64,000 nucleotides of DNA from the IMG/VR virus record IMGVR_UViG_3300025277_000015. One strand, 5' to 3'. The notes under the pieces were generated by a model that made no database searches, was not told the origin of the DNA, and saw nothing but the letters and a program-made list of their open reading frames with translations. Shown here piece by piece: positions 47,705 to 57,834 of this stretch (its first letter is position 1; every line of letters begins with the position of its first letter). The stretch comes from an uncultured virus (IMG/VR IMGVR_UViG_3300025277_000015) (Duplodnaviria > Heunggongvirae > Uroviricota > Caudoviricetes). Both the position numbers and the translations under genes were made by a program.

Positions 47705-48033
47705 TGGGTGATTTAAAGAAATGGGTAGACCAAGACTGGGTTAGGATTGGTACAGACGGTAAGATTAAAGGTAAGTGTGGTACTTCTAAGGATAAGAAGA
47801 ACCCAGATCGATGTTTGCCCAGAAGTAAAGCAAGTAGTTTAAGTCAGTCACAACGAGCAACGACTGCAAAAAAGAAAAAGCGGGAGGGAGCAAAAGGAAA
47901 AACAGTAGTAAAGAACACAAAACCTGCTACAGTACGCCTTAATGGTGGCGGTTTAGCCCGAAAAAGGAGAGATGTAGCAAGGGGTTGTGGGGCTGTTCAA
48001 GAGTCAAGACGTAAGAAAACTTTATATATTTAG
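47704..48033 (+). CDS. Small very basic protein (109 aa)
   Basis: TAATG overlap; LKKWVDQDWV...RCLP...ARGCGAV. Confidence 0.7.
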   Translation: MGDLKKWVDQDWVRIGTDGKIKGKCGTSKDKKNPDRCLPRSKASSLSQSQRATTAKKKKREGAKGKTVVKNTKPATVRLNGGGLARKRRDVARGCGAVQESRRKKTLYI

Positions 48034-48042
48034 GAGATAAGT

Positions 48043-48420
48043 ATGGCAGATTTAGAGATGATTAGTATTGGTAGTAACCTCGATGGTGACCCTGTTTACC
48101 AAGTAGGAAGTAGAAACAGCGACGGTAAAATGATGTTAGCATCTACCACAATAATGACTGAAGCCGAAGCAAAAGCTATGATTGCGAGTAAAGCATCTGC
48201 GGAAGTAGTTGAAGAAGCTGAAGTAATTGAAGAAGCTGAAGTAATTGAAGAAGCTGAAGTAATTGAAGAAGCTGAAGAGATTAATGACACTGTTGTAGAT
48301 GTAGATAGCATGAGTAAGCTACAACTAGAGGCATATATGCGTGAGCATGGTATTGAGCTTGATCGACGTAAAAAGAAAAAAGATTTACTAAGTCAAGTAA
48401 AAGCGTTTTTTAAGGAATAG
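48043..48420 (+). CDS. Acidic protein with EEAEVI repeats and a small C-terminal helical module
   Basis: 18-nt unit gaagaagctgaagtaatt, about 3.7 copies at 48211-48276; MSKLQLEAYMREHGIEL tail. Confidence 0.7.
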   Translation: MADLEMISIGSNLDGDPVYQVGSRNSDGKMMLASTTIMTEAEAKAMIASKASAEVVEEAEVIEEAEVIEEAEVIEEAEEINDTVVDVDSMSKLQLEAYMREHGIELDRRKKKKDLLSQVKAFFKE

Positions 48421-48423
48421 ACA

Positions 48424-49107
48424 ATGGCTACTTCGGGAACCACCGCCTTTGATATGGACTTCACAGAGATTGCTGAAGAAGCGTGGGAGCGTGCGGGACG
48501 CGAAATGCGTTCTGGTTATGATTTAAGAACTGCCCGTAGGTCTATGAATTTAATGACCATTGAGTGGCAGAACCGTGGCATTAATATGTGGACTATCGAT
48601 AGTGGTACAGTGACACTGGTATCAGGTACTTCACGGTATGATTTACCAGCAGATACAGTAGACCTTCTTGAACATGTGGTACGCACGGATAGTGGTAACA
48701 CTACGAAACAATCTGATCTCACCATAAGTCGTATTAGTGTGAGTACCTACGCTGCTATCCCAAACAAGTTAACACAAGGTAGACCTATCCAGGTGTGGGT
48801 TGAACGGCTAGCGACCCCAAAAATTAATGTGTGGCCTGTGCCTGATAAAAGTGGGTATATATTTGCGTATTGGCGTATACGTAGAGTAGAAGATGCAGGT
48901 AGTGGTGTAGAGACCGCAGACATGACATTTAGGTTTTTACCTTGTCTTGTAGCAGGACTAGCGTACCACATAGCTATGAAAATTCCTGAACTTGTCGAAA
49001 GAGTGCCGATGCTAAAGGCCGCATATGAAGAAGAATTTGCTAGAGCTGCAAGTGAAGATAGAGAGAAAACCTCCGCTATCTTTGTACCTCGTGTGAGTAG
49101 CATTTAA
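48424..49107 (+). CDS. Putative head-tail adaptor protein (227 aa)
   Basis: EEAWERAG...ARRSMNL...WPVPD...RFLPCLVAGLAY. Confidence 0.65.
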   Translation: MATSGTTAFDMDFTEIAEEAWERAGREMRSGYDLRTARRSMNLMTIEWQNRGINMWTIDSGTVTLVSGTSRYDLPADTVDLLEHVVRTDSGNTTKQSDLTISRISVSTYAAIPNKLTQGRPIQVWVERLATPKINVWPVPDKSGYIFAYWRIRRVEDAGSGVETADMTFRFLPCLVAGLAYHIAMKIPELVERVPMLKAAYEEEFARAASEDREKTSAIFVPRVSSI

Positions 49108-49108
49108 T

Positions 49109-49462
49109 ATGGCACGAGCGTTCGCATCTAACGATAAAGCGATAGCAGAATGTGATGTTTGTGGGTTTCGCTACAAATTAAAAGAGTTGCGTAACATAAT
49201 CAAAAAAGGTAAAGATACAAACATAAAAGCGTGTCGTGAGTGTTGGGGGCCAGACCATCCGCAGAATAAATTAGGGATGCGCCCTGTACACGATCCACAA
49301 GCAATACGTAACCCACGTCCTGATTTTGCAGGGTATGATAGTAATAGAAATATACAATGGGGTTGGAACCCTGTAGGTGATGGCAAGAACATATATGATT
49401 TAACCATTAACAACCTAGAAGCAACTGGAGCTATAGGTGACGTAACAGTAACAACCACATAG
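49109..49462 (+). CDS. Zinc-binding morphogenesis-module protein (117 aa)
   Basis: CDVCG...CREC...HPQ...DPQAIRNPRPD. Confidence 0.7.
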   Translation: MARAFASNDKAIAECDVCGFRYKLKELRNIIKKGKDTNIKACRECWGPDHPQNKLGMRPVHDPQAIRNPRPDFAGYDSNRNIQWGWNPVGDGKNIYDLTINNLEATGAIGDVTVTTT

Positions 49463-49472
49463 AGGTGCAATT

Positions 49473-49652
49473 ATGATGAAGAAAAAAGGTTACGCTAACG
49501 GCGGCAAAATGATGAAAAAGGGTTACGCTAACGGTGGTAAAGTAAACACCAAAGGTGGCGCTAAAGGTGGCAAAAAGAAAGAACGTAAAGTTAAAATACG
49601 CGGCACAGGTGCAGCCACTAAAGGGTTATTTTCAAGAGGGCCAATGGGATAA
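49473..49652 (+). CDS. Small Lys/Gly-rich protein (59 aa; not in the ORF track)
   Basis: GAGG RBS; MMKKKGYANGGKMMKKGYANGGK...IRGTGAATKGLFSRGPMG. Confidence 0.7.
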   Translation: MMKKKGYANGGKMMKKGYANGGKVNTKGGAKGGKKKERKVKIRGTGAATKGLFSRGPMG

Positions 49653-49655
49653 GAT

Positions 49656-50285
49656 ATGAATTATTCTTCGCTCAAAACAAATATAGAGGATATCTGTGAG
49701 ACTTCTTTTACAGATGACCAACTTGCTATGTTTACGCAACAGGCAGAAGAGAAGATATATAACGCAGTACAAATACCTGCTCTACGTAAGGTAGATACTG
49801 GCCCTTTGGTATCTACAAACAAGCTATACACTCTGCCAAGTGATTATTTGTATACCTACAGCATCTCTATTATTAGCAGTAGCACGCATACATACTTGTT
49901 AAATAAAGACGTAAATTTCCTACGAGAAGCTTATCCAGTAAATACAAGCGCAAAGTACGGTGCTCCTAAGTTTTATGCTCAGTATAGTGAAACTCAGATT
50001 GAGCTCGCTCCAACACCAGACGCTAACTATGAGCTTGAGCATGTGTATGGATTCTACCCTACATCTATTGTAACTGCATCTACAACATGGCTTGGAGATA
50101 ACGCGAGTTCTGCATTGCTAAACGGCGCATTGGTTGAAGCTATACGGTTCCAAAAAGGAGAACCAGATGTTGTTGCTAATTACGAGAAATTATATTTAAT
50201 ATCTATGGAATTGTTAAAAAATCTTGGGGATGGGTATTTACGTAGAGACGCTTATCGATCTGGGCAGTATAGGGAAAAAGTATAG
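49656..50285 (+). CDS. Putative adaptor/tail tubular protein (209 aa)
   Basis: QQAEEKIYN...LPSDY...PKFYA...LAPTPD...LLNGALVEA. Confidence 0.65.
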   Translation: MNYSSLKTNIEDICETSFTDDQLAMFTQQAEEKIYNAVQIPALRKVDTGPLVSTNKLYTLPSDYLYTYSISIISSSTHTYLLNKDVNFLREAYPVNTSAKYGAPKFYAQYSETQIELAPTPDANYELEHVYGFYPTSIVTASTTWLGDNASSALLNGALVEAIRFQKGEPDVVANYEKLYLISMELLKNLGDGYLRRDAYRSGQYREKV

Positions 50286-50288
50286 ATA

Positions 50289-50729
50289 ATGGCTTTTACT
50301 GGTAATTATATGTGTACATCGTTTAAAGTCGCTCTGTTAAACGGAGAGATGGACTTTAGCTCTGATACGTCTCAGTCCTTCAAGATTGCTTTATATACCT
50401 CTGACGCAACTCTGAACGCTGCTACAACCGCATATAGTACAACAAATGAAGCATCAGGTACAGGATACACCGCAGGGGGTAACACATTAACCATAGCTAC
50501 AAACCCTACTAGTGATACAGATGGTACTGTGGCTTACTTAGACTTTTCAGATACATCATGGACGAGTTCCTCAATTACAGCGCGTGGGGCGCTGATATAC
50601 AAATCTGGTGGTACAACTCCCGCAGTTGCAGTACTAGACTTTGGTTCAGAGAAAACGTCAAGTGATAGCACATTTACAATAACATTCCCCACATCAGCGG
50701 CTTCAAGCGCAATTATACGTGTTGGATAG
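50289..50729 (+). CDS. Putative tail-associated structural protein (146 aa)
   Basis: SFKVALL...FKIALYT...GYTAGG...TARGALIY...VLDFG. Confidence 0.65.
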   Translation: MAFTGNYMCTSFKVALLNGEMDFSSDTSQSFKIALYTSDATLNAATTAYSTTNEASGTGYTAGGNTLTIATNPTSDTDGTVAYLDFSDTSWTSSSITARGALIYKSGGTTPAVAVLDFGSEKTSSDSTFTITFPTSAASSAIIRVG

Positions 50730-50742
50730 AAAGGTTTAGACG

Positions 50743-53700
50743 ATGGCAAGTACTTATGAGAATGACCTCAGACTTCAAGAGATTGGCACAGGCGAGCAGT
50801 CTGGTACATGGGGTACGACCACAAACACAAACTTAGAATTAATTGGTGAAGCACTTTCCTACAGCGCCACAGGCGAAGCAATAGCTAACGCAAGCACACA
50901 TACTATAACAGTAGCAGATGGGGTAGCCGACGAAGCACGTTGTTTCTACTTAAAATGCACAGGTGGCGGGCAAGCATGTACAGTTACACTTGCGCCTAAC
51001 TCGCTGTCTAAAGTCTGGGTTATTGAGAACACAACTAGCTATACATTGACGTTCTCACAAGGGTCTGGCGCTAACGTCGCTATACTTGCAGGTCAAGTTA
51101 AGATGATAGCTACCGATGGCGCAGGTTCTGGCGCAGCAATTTATGACCTTATGCAAGACCTGGCTGTACCTGATTTGTTTGTAGATGATGACTTAACTCT
51201 GCAGTCTGACGCTGCGGTACTTGGCTTTGGTGCAGATAAAGATACTACACTGACACATGTTGCTGACACTGGGTTACTATTAAACAGTACACGACAACTA
51301 CAGTTTGGAGACTCAGGAACGTATATTCATCAAAGTGCTGATGGAGTCCTTGATTTAGTATCCGATACAGAAATAGAGATTAACGCTACAACCATAGATA
51401 TAAATGGTGCAGTAGATGTTTCTGGTACATATACTGGTGGTGGTTTAATGACCACAGGTGGCAACATAGTTATCCCTGACGCGGGTAATATTGGATCTGC
51501 TAGTGACACAAATGCAATCGCTATAGGCGCTGATGGTGATGTTACGCTAACTCAAGATTTAGAGCTACAACATGATGCCGCAACATTATCTTTCGGGGCA
51601 GACAACGATGTTATTCTTACGCACGTAGCTGATACAGGGTTGCTGTTAAATTCAACAATGCAACTTCAGTTTAATGATGCATCACAATATATTAATGCTC
51701 CTAGTGCCACAGTACTAGATATTAATGCTACAGATGAGATTGAGCTTAACGCCACTCTTATTGATGTAAACGGTAACTTAGACGTTTCTGGTACATCACA
51801 ACTTACAGGAGTAGTTACCTTTACAGCCACTCCAGTGTTTAGTTCAGACATTACTATTGAAGATGATTTATTCCTAGATAGTGACGCAGCAGTAATTCAC
51901 TTAGGTGAAGATGGAGACGTAACTCTTACGCACGTAGCTGATACAGGCATATTGTTAAATTCAACAATGCAACTTCAGTTTAACGATGCGTCACAATATA
52001 TTAATGCTCCTAGCGCGACTGTCCTAGATATTAACGCTACAGATGAGGTAGAACTTAACGCTACATTAGTAGATATTAATGCTAACTTAGAAGTTTCAGG
52101 CACTGCCGCAATAACAGGAATTGCTACCTTTACTGACGATATAATCATTGGTGATGGTAAGACTATTGGCTCTGCCTCAGATGTGGACGCCATGACTATA
52201 GCTTCTAACGGGCAAGTAACCTTTACGCAGACACTCATTGGTACGGCACTAGACATTTCTGGTGATATTGATGTGGATGGAACGACTAACCTAGACGTGG
52301 TGGATATTGATGGTGCTGTTGATATGGCAAGCACTCTTGCTGTAGGCGGTGTCGTTACAGCCAACGCAGGTGTAGTTGTAGATAATATTACAATCGATGG
52401 CACTGAAATAGACTTATCTTCTGGTGATCTTACGATAGATGTTGCAGGAAATATTGACCTTGATGCAGATGGAGGACAAGTTAGTATATCAGATGGTGGT
52501 ACGGAGATAGGTTATCTATATAATAGTTCTAGTGATTTTATTATCCAAAGTGCAGTTTCTGATAAAGATATTAAGATTCAAGGTAACGATGGTGGTTCAA
52601 CCGTTACAGCCCTGACCCTTGATATGTCAGATGCAGGTACTGCTTTATTTAACAGTGATGTTCGTCTAAATGATGCCAAGGTACTTCGCCTTGGTAATGA
52701 CCAAGATTTTAGAATTTCATTTGATGGTAGTCACGGTGTTATACAAAATACAACAACTGACTCAGATATACTTTTAAAAGGTAACGATGATGGTTCAACC
52801 ATTACAGCTCTCACCCTTGATATGTCAGCGGCAGGTGCGGCTACGTTTAATGATAAAATTACAGCAGTTGGTACATCTGTATTTACTAACTTAGACATCT
52901 CAGGTGACATAGACGTAGACGGTACAACAAACTTAGACGCTGTAGACGTAGATGGTGCAGTTAACTTTGCGGCAGACGTTACCTTTGCAGATGGTGCAGA
53001 TATTATTACTGCTTCAGCAGGTACATCTAACTTCAGAGCAGGTGTTAATGCAGGTAACTCAATAGCATCTGGCGGTAACTACAACGTAGCTGTAGGTGAT
53101 AGTTCTGGTACTGCGATTACAACTGGTGATGAGAATGTTTTTGTAGGATTTAAAGCTGGGTTTGGTACTACAACTTCAGGGCAAAATATAGCTATAGGGT
53201 CAGGTGCTTTAGAAACTAATATTTTAGGTAGTCATAATGTTGGTATAGGTAATGCAGCTCTTGCTACTATGAACCAAGGTACTGCTACAAATACATACAA
53301 TACCGCAGTTGGTTCATCAGCAGGTGGAGCAATAACCACAGGCACAAATAATACCTTAATTGGTGGATTAGCTGGTGATGCAATTACAACAGGTGTTTCT
53401 AATAATGCAGTTGGATACGGTGCTTTAGGTGCAACCACTACTGCTAATCAGAACAATGCTTTTGGTAGAAACTCTTTAGGGGCTAATACAACTGGTGCTG
53501 ATAATACTGCTTTCGGACAAAATACTTTAGGAACAAATGTACTAGGTAGTAAGTCTACCGCAGTGGGTTCTGACGCTTTATCCACTCAAAACTATGCAAC
53601 AGCTACGGATGGGTATAATACAGCAGTAGGTTATCTAGCAGGATCAGCAGTAACCACAGGCATACAGAACACTCTTTTAGGCGCAAACTCAGGGGATGCC

Positions 53701-55740
53701 TTAACGGATGCTGATTTTAATGTTGCTGTCGGTACTTATGCTTTAACGTCTGATACTTTAGGATCTCGTTCTGTTGCAATGGGGTGGGGAGCTTTATTTA
53801 ACCAAAACTTTACCACAGCTACCGATTCTTACAATACTGCCGTAGGGCATGGTGCAGGTTCAGAAGTAACCACAGGCGTCAACAATACCCTAATCGGTGG
53901 TCTTGCAGGAGATGCGATTACGACAGGGTCAACTAATACAGGGGTCGGAAAGAATGCTTTAAGTGCAACAACAACTGCTTCTGATAATACAGCAGTGGGT
54001 GCTGAAGCATTAAAAACTAACACAACAGCGGCAAACGGAACTGCGGTAGGATACAATGCTCTATCTAGTAACACGACAGGTGCAGGTAATACAGCCGTTG
54101 GTCGTAGAGCTTTAGCGGCAAACACGACTGCTGATAACAATGTGGCTGTTGGAATAGATGCAGGACTATCAGTAACAACAGGCGCTCAGAATACGTTTAT
54201 CGGTGCAGCGGCAGGAGATGCTGTTACGACAGGGGGTCAGAATACTGCCCTTGGAAATGATGCTTTAGGTGTTTTGACTGTTGGTTCTGACAATGTAGCA
54301 ATAGGTAAAAATGCACTAGAAGGTGATACTAAAGGTAGTAAAACTGTTGCTATAGGTAGATCAGCTTTAGGAACACAAAACTTTACAACTGCTACAGACG
54401 CTTACAATACAGCAGTAGGATATAACGCTGGACTATCAGTAAGCACAGGCGTTGAAAACACCGTCATTGGTGGCCTTACAGGTGATGCTCTTACTACAGG
54501 TTCATATAATGTTTTTGTAGGTAAAGGTGCAGGTTCTGCGGCAACAACGTCTGATGATAATACAGCAGTTGGTAAGGATGCATTACTTACTTGTACTACA
54601 GGTAACTCTAATACTGTTCTTGGAAAAAGAGCAGGAAAATTATTAACAACAGGCTCTCAAAACACTTTTATAGGTAAAGAAGCAGGTAATGCAAATACTA
54701 CCGCTGGAACTAATGTTGCGGTGGGGTATCAAGCAATGACTGACAACACAACTGGTGCTAACAACACAGCAGTTGGCTACCTTGCATTAGGCAATAACAC
54801 GACTGCTGCTGGTAACTCTGCTGTTGGATACAAGGCACTAGAAGATTGTACAACTGGACACAGCAATGCTGGAAGTGGAGCGTATGCTTTATCTAGCGTT
54901 ACAACTGGTGATAAAAATACAGGAGTTGGTTATTCTGTTGGTGCTAAAATGACAACGTCAGATGAAAATACTTGTATAGGCAATGTAGCTGGTTTTGAGC
55001 TTACTACTGGAGCAGATAATACTTTTGTTGGCTCTGAAGCTGGTGATGGTACTGATGATGGTGCTGAAAACGTGGCTGTAGGTAAGTCTGCCCTATCCGC
55101 TAATTGTGGTAATGGAAATGCCGCTGTTGGTCACGCTGCTTTATTAGCTTGTACAGGAGCATTTAATACTGCAATGGGAGTTAGTGCAGGTAGTGCTGTA
55201 ACAAGTGGCGGCAACAATTTAATTTTAGGAAAAGACGCTGGATTAACAGGAAGTCCTGGTGGTAACATAACCACAGGTAGCAATGAAATTGTGCTTGGTG
55301 ATGAAAATATTAGTGAAGCTCATATACAAGTAGATTGGACAGTAGCTTCTGACCAACGTGATAAGACAGACTTTACAGCACTAGACTTAGGTTTAGATTT
55401 TGTTAAAGGACTAGCACCTGTAACATACAAGTGGGATAAACGCTCTAAGTATGGCGATAAGACTGCTGATGGTTATGACCTTAACGCACAGTCTCCAGAC
55501 GGAACACATAAAGAAGACTGGTTAGACATAGGCTTTAAGGCACAAGAAGTTCAAGCACTTGAAGAGGCCGCAGGATATACAACAGCCGCTAAGAAAAACC
55601 TTACTGTATCTACATCAGAAGATGGCAAGCAGATGGGTATACAATACAGCAAGTTTGTACCCATTTTAGTAAAAGCGATTCAAGAACAGAACGCATTAAT
55701 TGAAGCACTCACTGCAAGAGTGGCAACTTTAGAAGGATAA
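50743..55740 (+). CDS. Tail fibre/spike with C-terminal intramolecular chaperone (peptidase S74-like), 1665 aa
   Basis: Many NTAVG-type repeats of about 14 aa, SDQRDK autocleavage motif, IGFKAQEV and a terminal coiled coil. Confidence 0.88.
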   Translation: MASTYENDLRLQEIGTGEQSGTWGTTTNTNLELIGEALSYSATGEAIANASTHTITVADGVADEARCFYLKCTGGGQACTVTLAPNSLSKVWVIENTTSYTLTFSQGSGANVAILAGQVKMIATDGAGSGAAIYDLMQDLAVPDLFVDDDLTLQSDAAVLGFGADKDTTLTHVADTGLLLNSTRQLQFGDSGTYIHQSADGVLDLVSDTEIEINATTIDINGAVDVSGTYTGGGLMTTGGNIVIPDAGNIGSASDTNAIAIGADGDVTLTQDLELQHDAATLSFGADNDVILTHVADTGLLLNSTMQLQFNDASQYINAPSATVLDINATDEIELNATLIDVNGNLDVSGTSQLTGVVTFTATPVFSSDITIEDDLFLDSDAAVIHLGEDGDVTLTHVADTGILLNSTMQLQFNDASQYINAPSATVLDINATDEVELNATLVDINANLEVSGTAAITGIATFTDDIIIGDGKTIGSASDVDAMTIASNGQVTFTQTLIGTALDISGDIDVDGTTNLDVVDIDGAVDMASTLAVGGVVTANAGVVVDNITIDGTEIDLSSGDLTIDVAGNIDLDADGGQVSISDGGTEIGYLYNSSSDFIIQSAVSDKDIKIQGNDGGSTVTALTLDMSDAGTALFNSDVRLNDAKVLRLGNDQDFRISFDGSHGVIQNTTTDSDILLKGNDDGSTITALTLDMSAAGAATFNDKITAVGTSVFTNLDISGDIDVDGTTNLDAVDVDGAVNFAADVTFADGADIITASAGTSNFRAGVNAGNSIASGGNYNVAVGDSSGTAITTGDENVFVGFKAGFGTTTSGQNIAIGSGALETNILGSHNVGIGNAALATMNQGTATNTYNTAVGSSAGGAITTGTNNTLIGGLAGDAITTGVSNNAVGYGALGATTTANQNNAFGRNSLGANTTGADNTAFGQNTLGTNVLGSKSTAVGSDALSTQNYATATDGYNTAVGYLAGSAVTTGIQNTLLGANSGDALTDADFNVAVGTYALTSDTLGSRSVAMGWGALFNQNFTTATDSYNTAVGHGAGSEVTTGVNNTLIGGLAGDAITTGSTNTGVGKNALSATTTASDNTAVGAEALKTNTTAANGTAVGYNALSSNTTGAGNTAVGRRALAANTTADNNVAVGIDAGLSVTTGAQNTFIGAAAGDAVTTGGQNTALGNDALGVLTVGSDNVAIGKNALEGDTKGSKTVAIGRSALGTQNFTTATDAYNTAVGYNAGLSVSTGVENTVIGGLTGDALTTGSYNVFVGKGAGSAATTSDDNTAVGKDALLTCTTGNSNTVLGKRAGKLLTTGSQNTFIGKEAGNANTTAGTNVAVGYQAMTDNTTGANNTAVGYLALGNNTTAAGNSAVGYKALEDCTTGHSNAGSGAYALSSVTTGDKNTGVGYSVGAKMTTSDENTCIGNVAGFELTTGADNTFVGSEAGDGTDDGAENVAVGKSALSANCGNGNAAVGHAALLACTGAFNTAMGVSAGSAVTSGGNNLILGKDAGLTGSPGGNITTGSNEIVLGDENISEAHIQVDWTVASDQRDKTDFTALDLGLDFVKGLAPVTYKWDKRSKYGDKTADGYDLNAQSPDGTHKEDWLDIGFKAQEVQALEEAAGYTTAAKKNLTVSTSEDGKQMGIQYSKFVPILVKAIQEQNALIEALTARVATLEG

Positions 55741-55745
55741 ATAAA

Positions 55746-55991
55746 ATGACAGACAGAACAACAGAAGAACTAGCACAAGACTACACAGCGATGGGTCACT
55801 CAATAGACCTTATTACTGCTGTGATAGCAGGTAACGCTATGGCTGGTGAACTAGCAGCAAATAGACAAGATACTGTAGACAGAAATGTAGCACACCTTGA
55901 GCTAATGAAAGCTAAGTCAGATTGGGGTAGCGAGTCTATGACAGCAACCACCAATGCAATTACAGCAGGTAAAGGTTACACTGCATCTTAA
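55746..55991 (+). CDS. Tail fibre-associated small protein (81 aa)
   Basis: Directly follows the fibre gene; has a truncated paralogue at 56643. Confidence 0.7.
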   Translation: MTDRTTEELAQDYTAMGHSIDLITAVIAGNAMAGELAANRQDTVDRNVAHLELMKAKSDWGSESMTATTNAITAGKGYTAS

Positions 55992-56005
55992 TATAAGGGT
56001 TTACT

Positions 56006-56641
56006 ATGGAGCTAATGCCACGCCACTTTCCTAACATAGGGGTTGTTGAAGGACAACTTCCAGAGGATGTTGTGGCTAACCTATGGACTGTGATTAACGA
56101 GGCAAGAGAGAAGCCAGATGACATGAAGCCTGAACTTGCAGGTAACATCAGCTCCTCTATACGCCTTGATGGTAGCTCACCCTTACTAGAAGAGTTTGTC
56201 GGTGAGATAGTTCCTAAGTTTATGGACAGTCACATTGGGTCTTATGGCCCACCTTGGAGAGCTGTAATGAAGGAAGGTGAAGGGTTTAACTTAGAAAGCC
56301 TTTGGGTAAACTTTCAGAAGAAGCATGAGTTTAACCCACCACACGATCACGGTGGAGTTTACAGTTTTGTAATATGGATGCAAATACCGACATCCTTTGC
56401 AGAACAACGCAAGCTACCTGTATGCGCTGAGTCAAATGCAGATAATCACATATCTAACTTTGCGTTTAGTTACACAAATACGTTAGGCAAAGTATCTACA
56501 TTTGCGTATAATATGGAGAAAGAAGCAGAAGGGTACATGGTTATGTTTCCTGCACAAATGCTCCACCAAGTTTTTCCGTTTTATGAGAATGACGGAGAGA
56601 GAATATCAATATCAGGTAATATTAACATAGAGGAAAAATAA
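56006..56641 (+). CDS. Putative 2OG-Fe(II) oxygenase
   Basis: NPPHDH (HxH), MFPAQMLHQVFP, RISISGN. Confidence 0.82.
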   Translation: MELMPRHFPNIGVVEGQLPEDVVANLWTVINEAREKPDDMKPELAGNISSSIRLDGSSPLLEEFVGEIVPKFMDSHIGSYGPPWRAVMKEGEGFNLESLWVNFQKKHEFNPPHDHGGVYSFVIWMQIPTSFAEQRKLPVCAESNADNHISNFAFSYTNTLGKVSTFAYNMEKEAEGYMVMFPAQMLHQVFPFYENDGERISISGNINIEEK

Positions 56642-56642
56642 A

Positions 56643-56753
56643 ATGGCAAGAGAAACAGATCAGATTGCACAAGACTACTCAGCAATGCTGGGCAGTGAAA
56701 ACATGACTCCAGTAACAAATGCGATTAATGCTGCTACAACCTTTATAGGTTAA
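56643..56753 (+). pseudogene. Internally deleted paralogue of the 55746..55991 gene (36 aa)
   Basis: AQDYSAMLGS joins directly to ENMTPVTNAI, matching only the N- and C-termini of the 81-aa protein. Confidence 0.7.
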
Positions 56754-56779
56754 ACAAACCATAACAAAGGGAGAAAATT

Positions 56780-57025
56780 ATGGCTAAAAAAGAAGAAGTT
56801 AAGGAAAATGTAATTAATATTGACGGTAAAGGGTACAAAGAAACTGATTTAAGTCAGCAACAAAAGTATCTTATAGCGCAACTAAAAGACTTAGGGGCAA
56901 AAGCTGGTAAACTTAGAGCTGATTTAGATCAAGTACAAAGAGCCGCAGATAGCTTCCAGAAAGATTTATTAGAGTCTTTTAAAGAAGTGTCTGATGAGAC
57001 CTCTGAAGAAGCTGAAGCAAGTTAG
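56780..57025 (+). CDS. Small coiled-coil protein (81 aa)
   Basis: GGGAG RBS; INIDGKGY...LSQQQK. Confidence 0.7.
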   Translation: MAKKEEVKENVINIDGKGYKETDLSQQQKYLIAQLKDLGAKAGKLRADLDQVQRAADSFQKDLLESFKEVSDETSEEAEAS

Positions 57026-57033
57026 GATTAACA

Positions 57034-57225
57034 ATGGCAAGAACAGTAGTGCAAGCTCACAACCGCATAGACACAATCGAACCTAAGATTACTAAACTAG
57101 AGACTGAAAATCACATTCAGTTTAAAGAAGTGTTTTACAGGTTAAAACGTTTAGAGGTGTTTTTAGTGGGTGGGCTTGGCGCTACTATTGCTATGTTAGT
57201 GAGTATACTACTTAAAATGGGGTAG
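57034..57225 (+). CDS. Small protein with coiled coil and C-terminal TM helix (63 aa)
   Basis: RLKRLE followed by VFLVGGLGATIAMLVSILL. Confidence 0.7.
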   Translation: MARTVVQAHNRIDTIEPKITKLETENHIQFKEVFYRLKRLEVFLVGGLGATIAMLVSILLKMG

Positions 57226-57228
57226 GTA

Positions 57229-57834
57229 ATGAAAAAATCTTTGTTATATTTGTCTTGGAGTCTTTTAGCGTTATTGTTTTTAATTATACTAGTACCTATG
57301 GTTTATGCAGAGGGTTGTGACAGTACGACAAATAGTAATTGTGTAGAAGCTAACAGCTATACAAACTCTAAATCAACCTCTACGATAGATAGCACGACTA
57401 CTGTAAAGTCTCCACCACCATCCGCTATTTCACCTAGTATTAATTCATCAAGCTCAGACACGTGTCATATACCTGCTGGTGGCTCTGTACAGACACAAAT
57501 ACTGGGAATTAGTGGTGGCACAACAATTAGAGATTTAAACTGTGAACGACTAAAAAACGCTAAGGTTATGTACGATATGGGCTTAAAAATAAGTGCTGTA
57601 GCAATAATGTGCCAGGACAAAAGGATTCACCTTGCGATGGCAAATTCTGGCACTCCATGTCCAATCAACGGTCTTGTAGGAGATGCAGCTAAGGCTGAGT
57701 GGGAAAACAATCCACATCTAGTACCTGGGTATGTTGCAGGTAAGAAGGAGAAATGGGATGAAGACGATAAGGCGACAGCTCGTGGGGCTGCTGGCATTGG
57801 TGGTCTTTTCTTGGCCTTGTTATTCTTACTCTGA
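57229..57834 (+). CDS. Exported Cys-rich protein with C-terminal hydrophobic anchor (201 aa)
   Basis: Signal peptide ending VYA, six Cys, GIGGLFLALLFLL tail. Confidence 0.75.
   Translation: MKKSLLYLSWSLLALLFLIILVPMVYAEGCDSTTNSNCVEANSYTNSKSTSTIDSTTTVKSPPPSAISPSINSSSSDTCHIPAGGSVQTQILGISGGTTIRDLNCERLKNAKVMYDMGLKISAVAIMCQDKRIHLAMANSGTPCPINGLVGDAAKAEWENNPHLVPGYVAGKKEKWDEDDKATARGAAGIGGLFLALLFLL

Noticed and set aside
50743..55740. Tail fibre duplications as a diversity-generating retroelement or invertible cassette
   Set aside because: No reverse transcriptase or invertase gene is present, and the duplicates are in-frame structural modules within one ORF.
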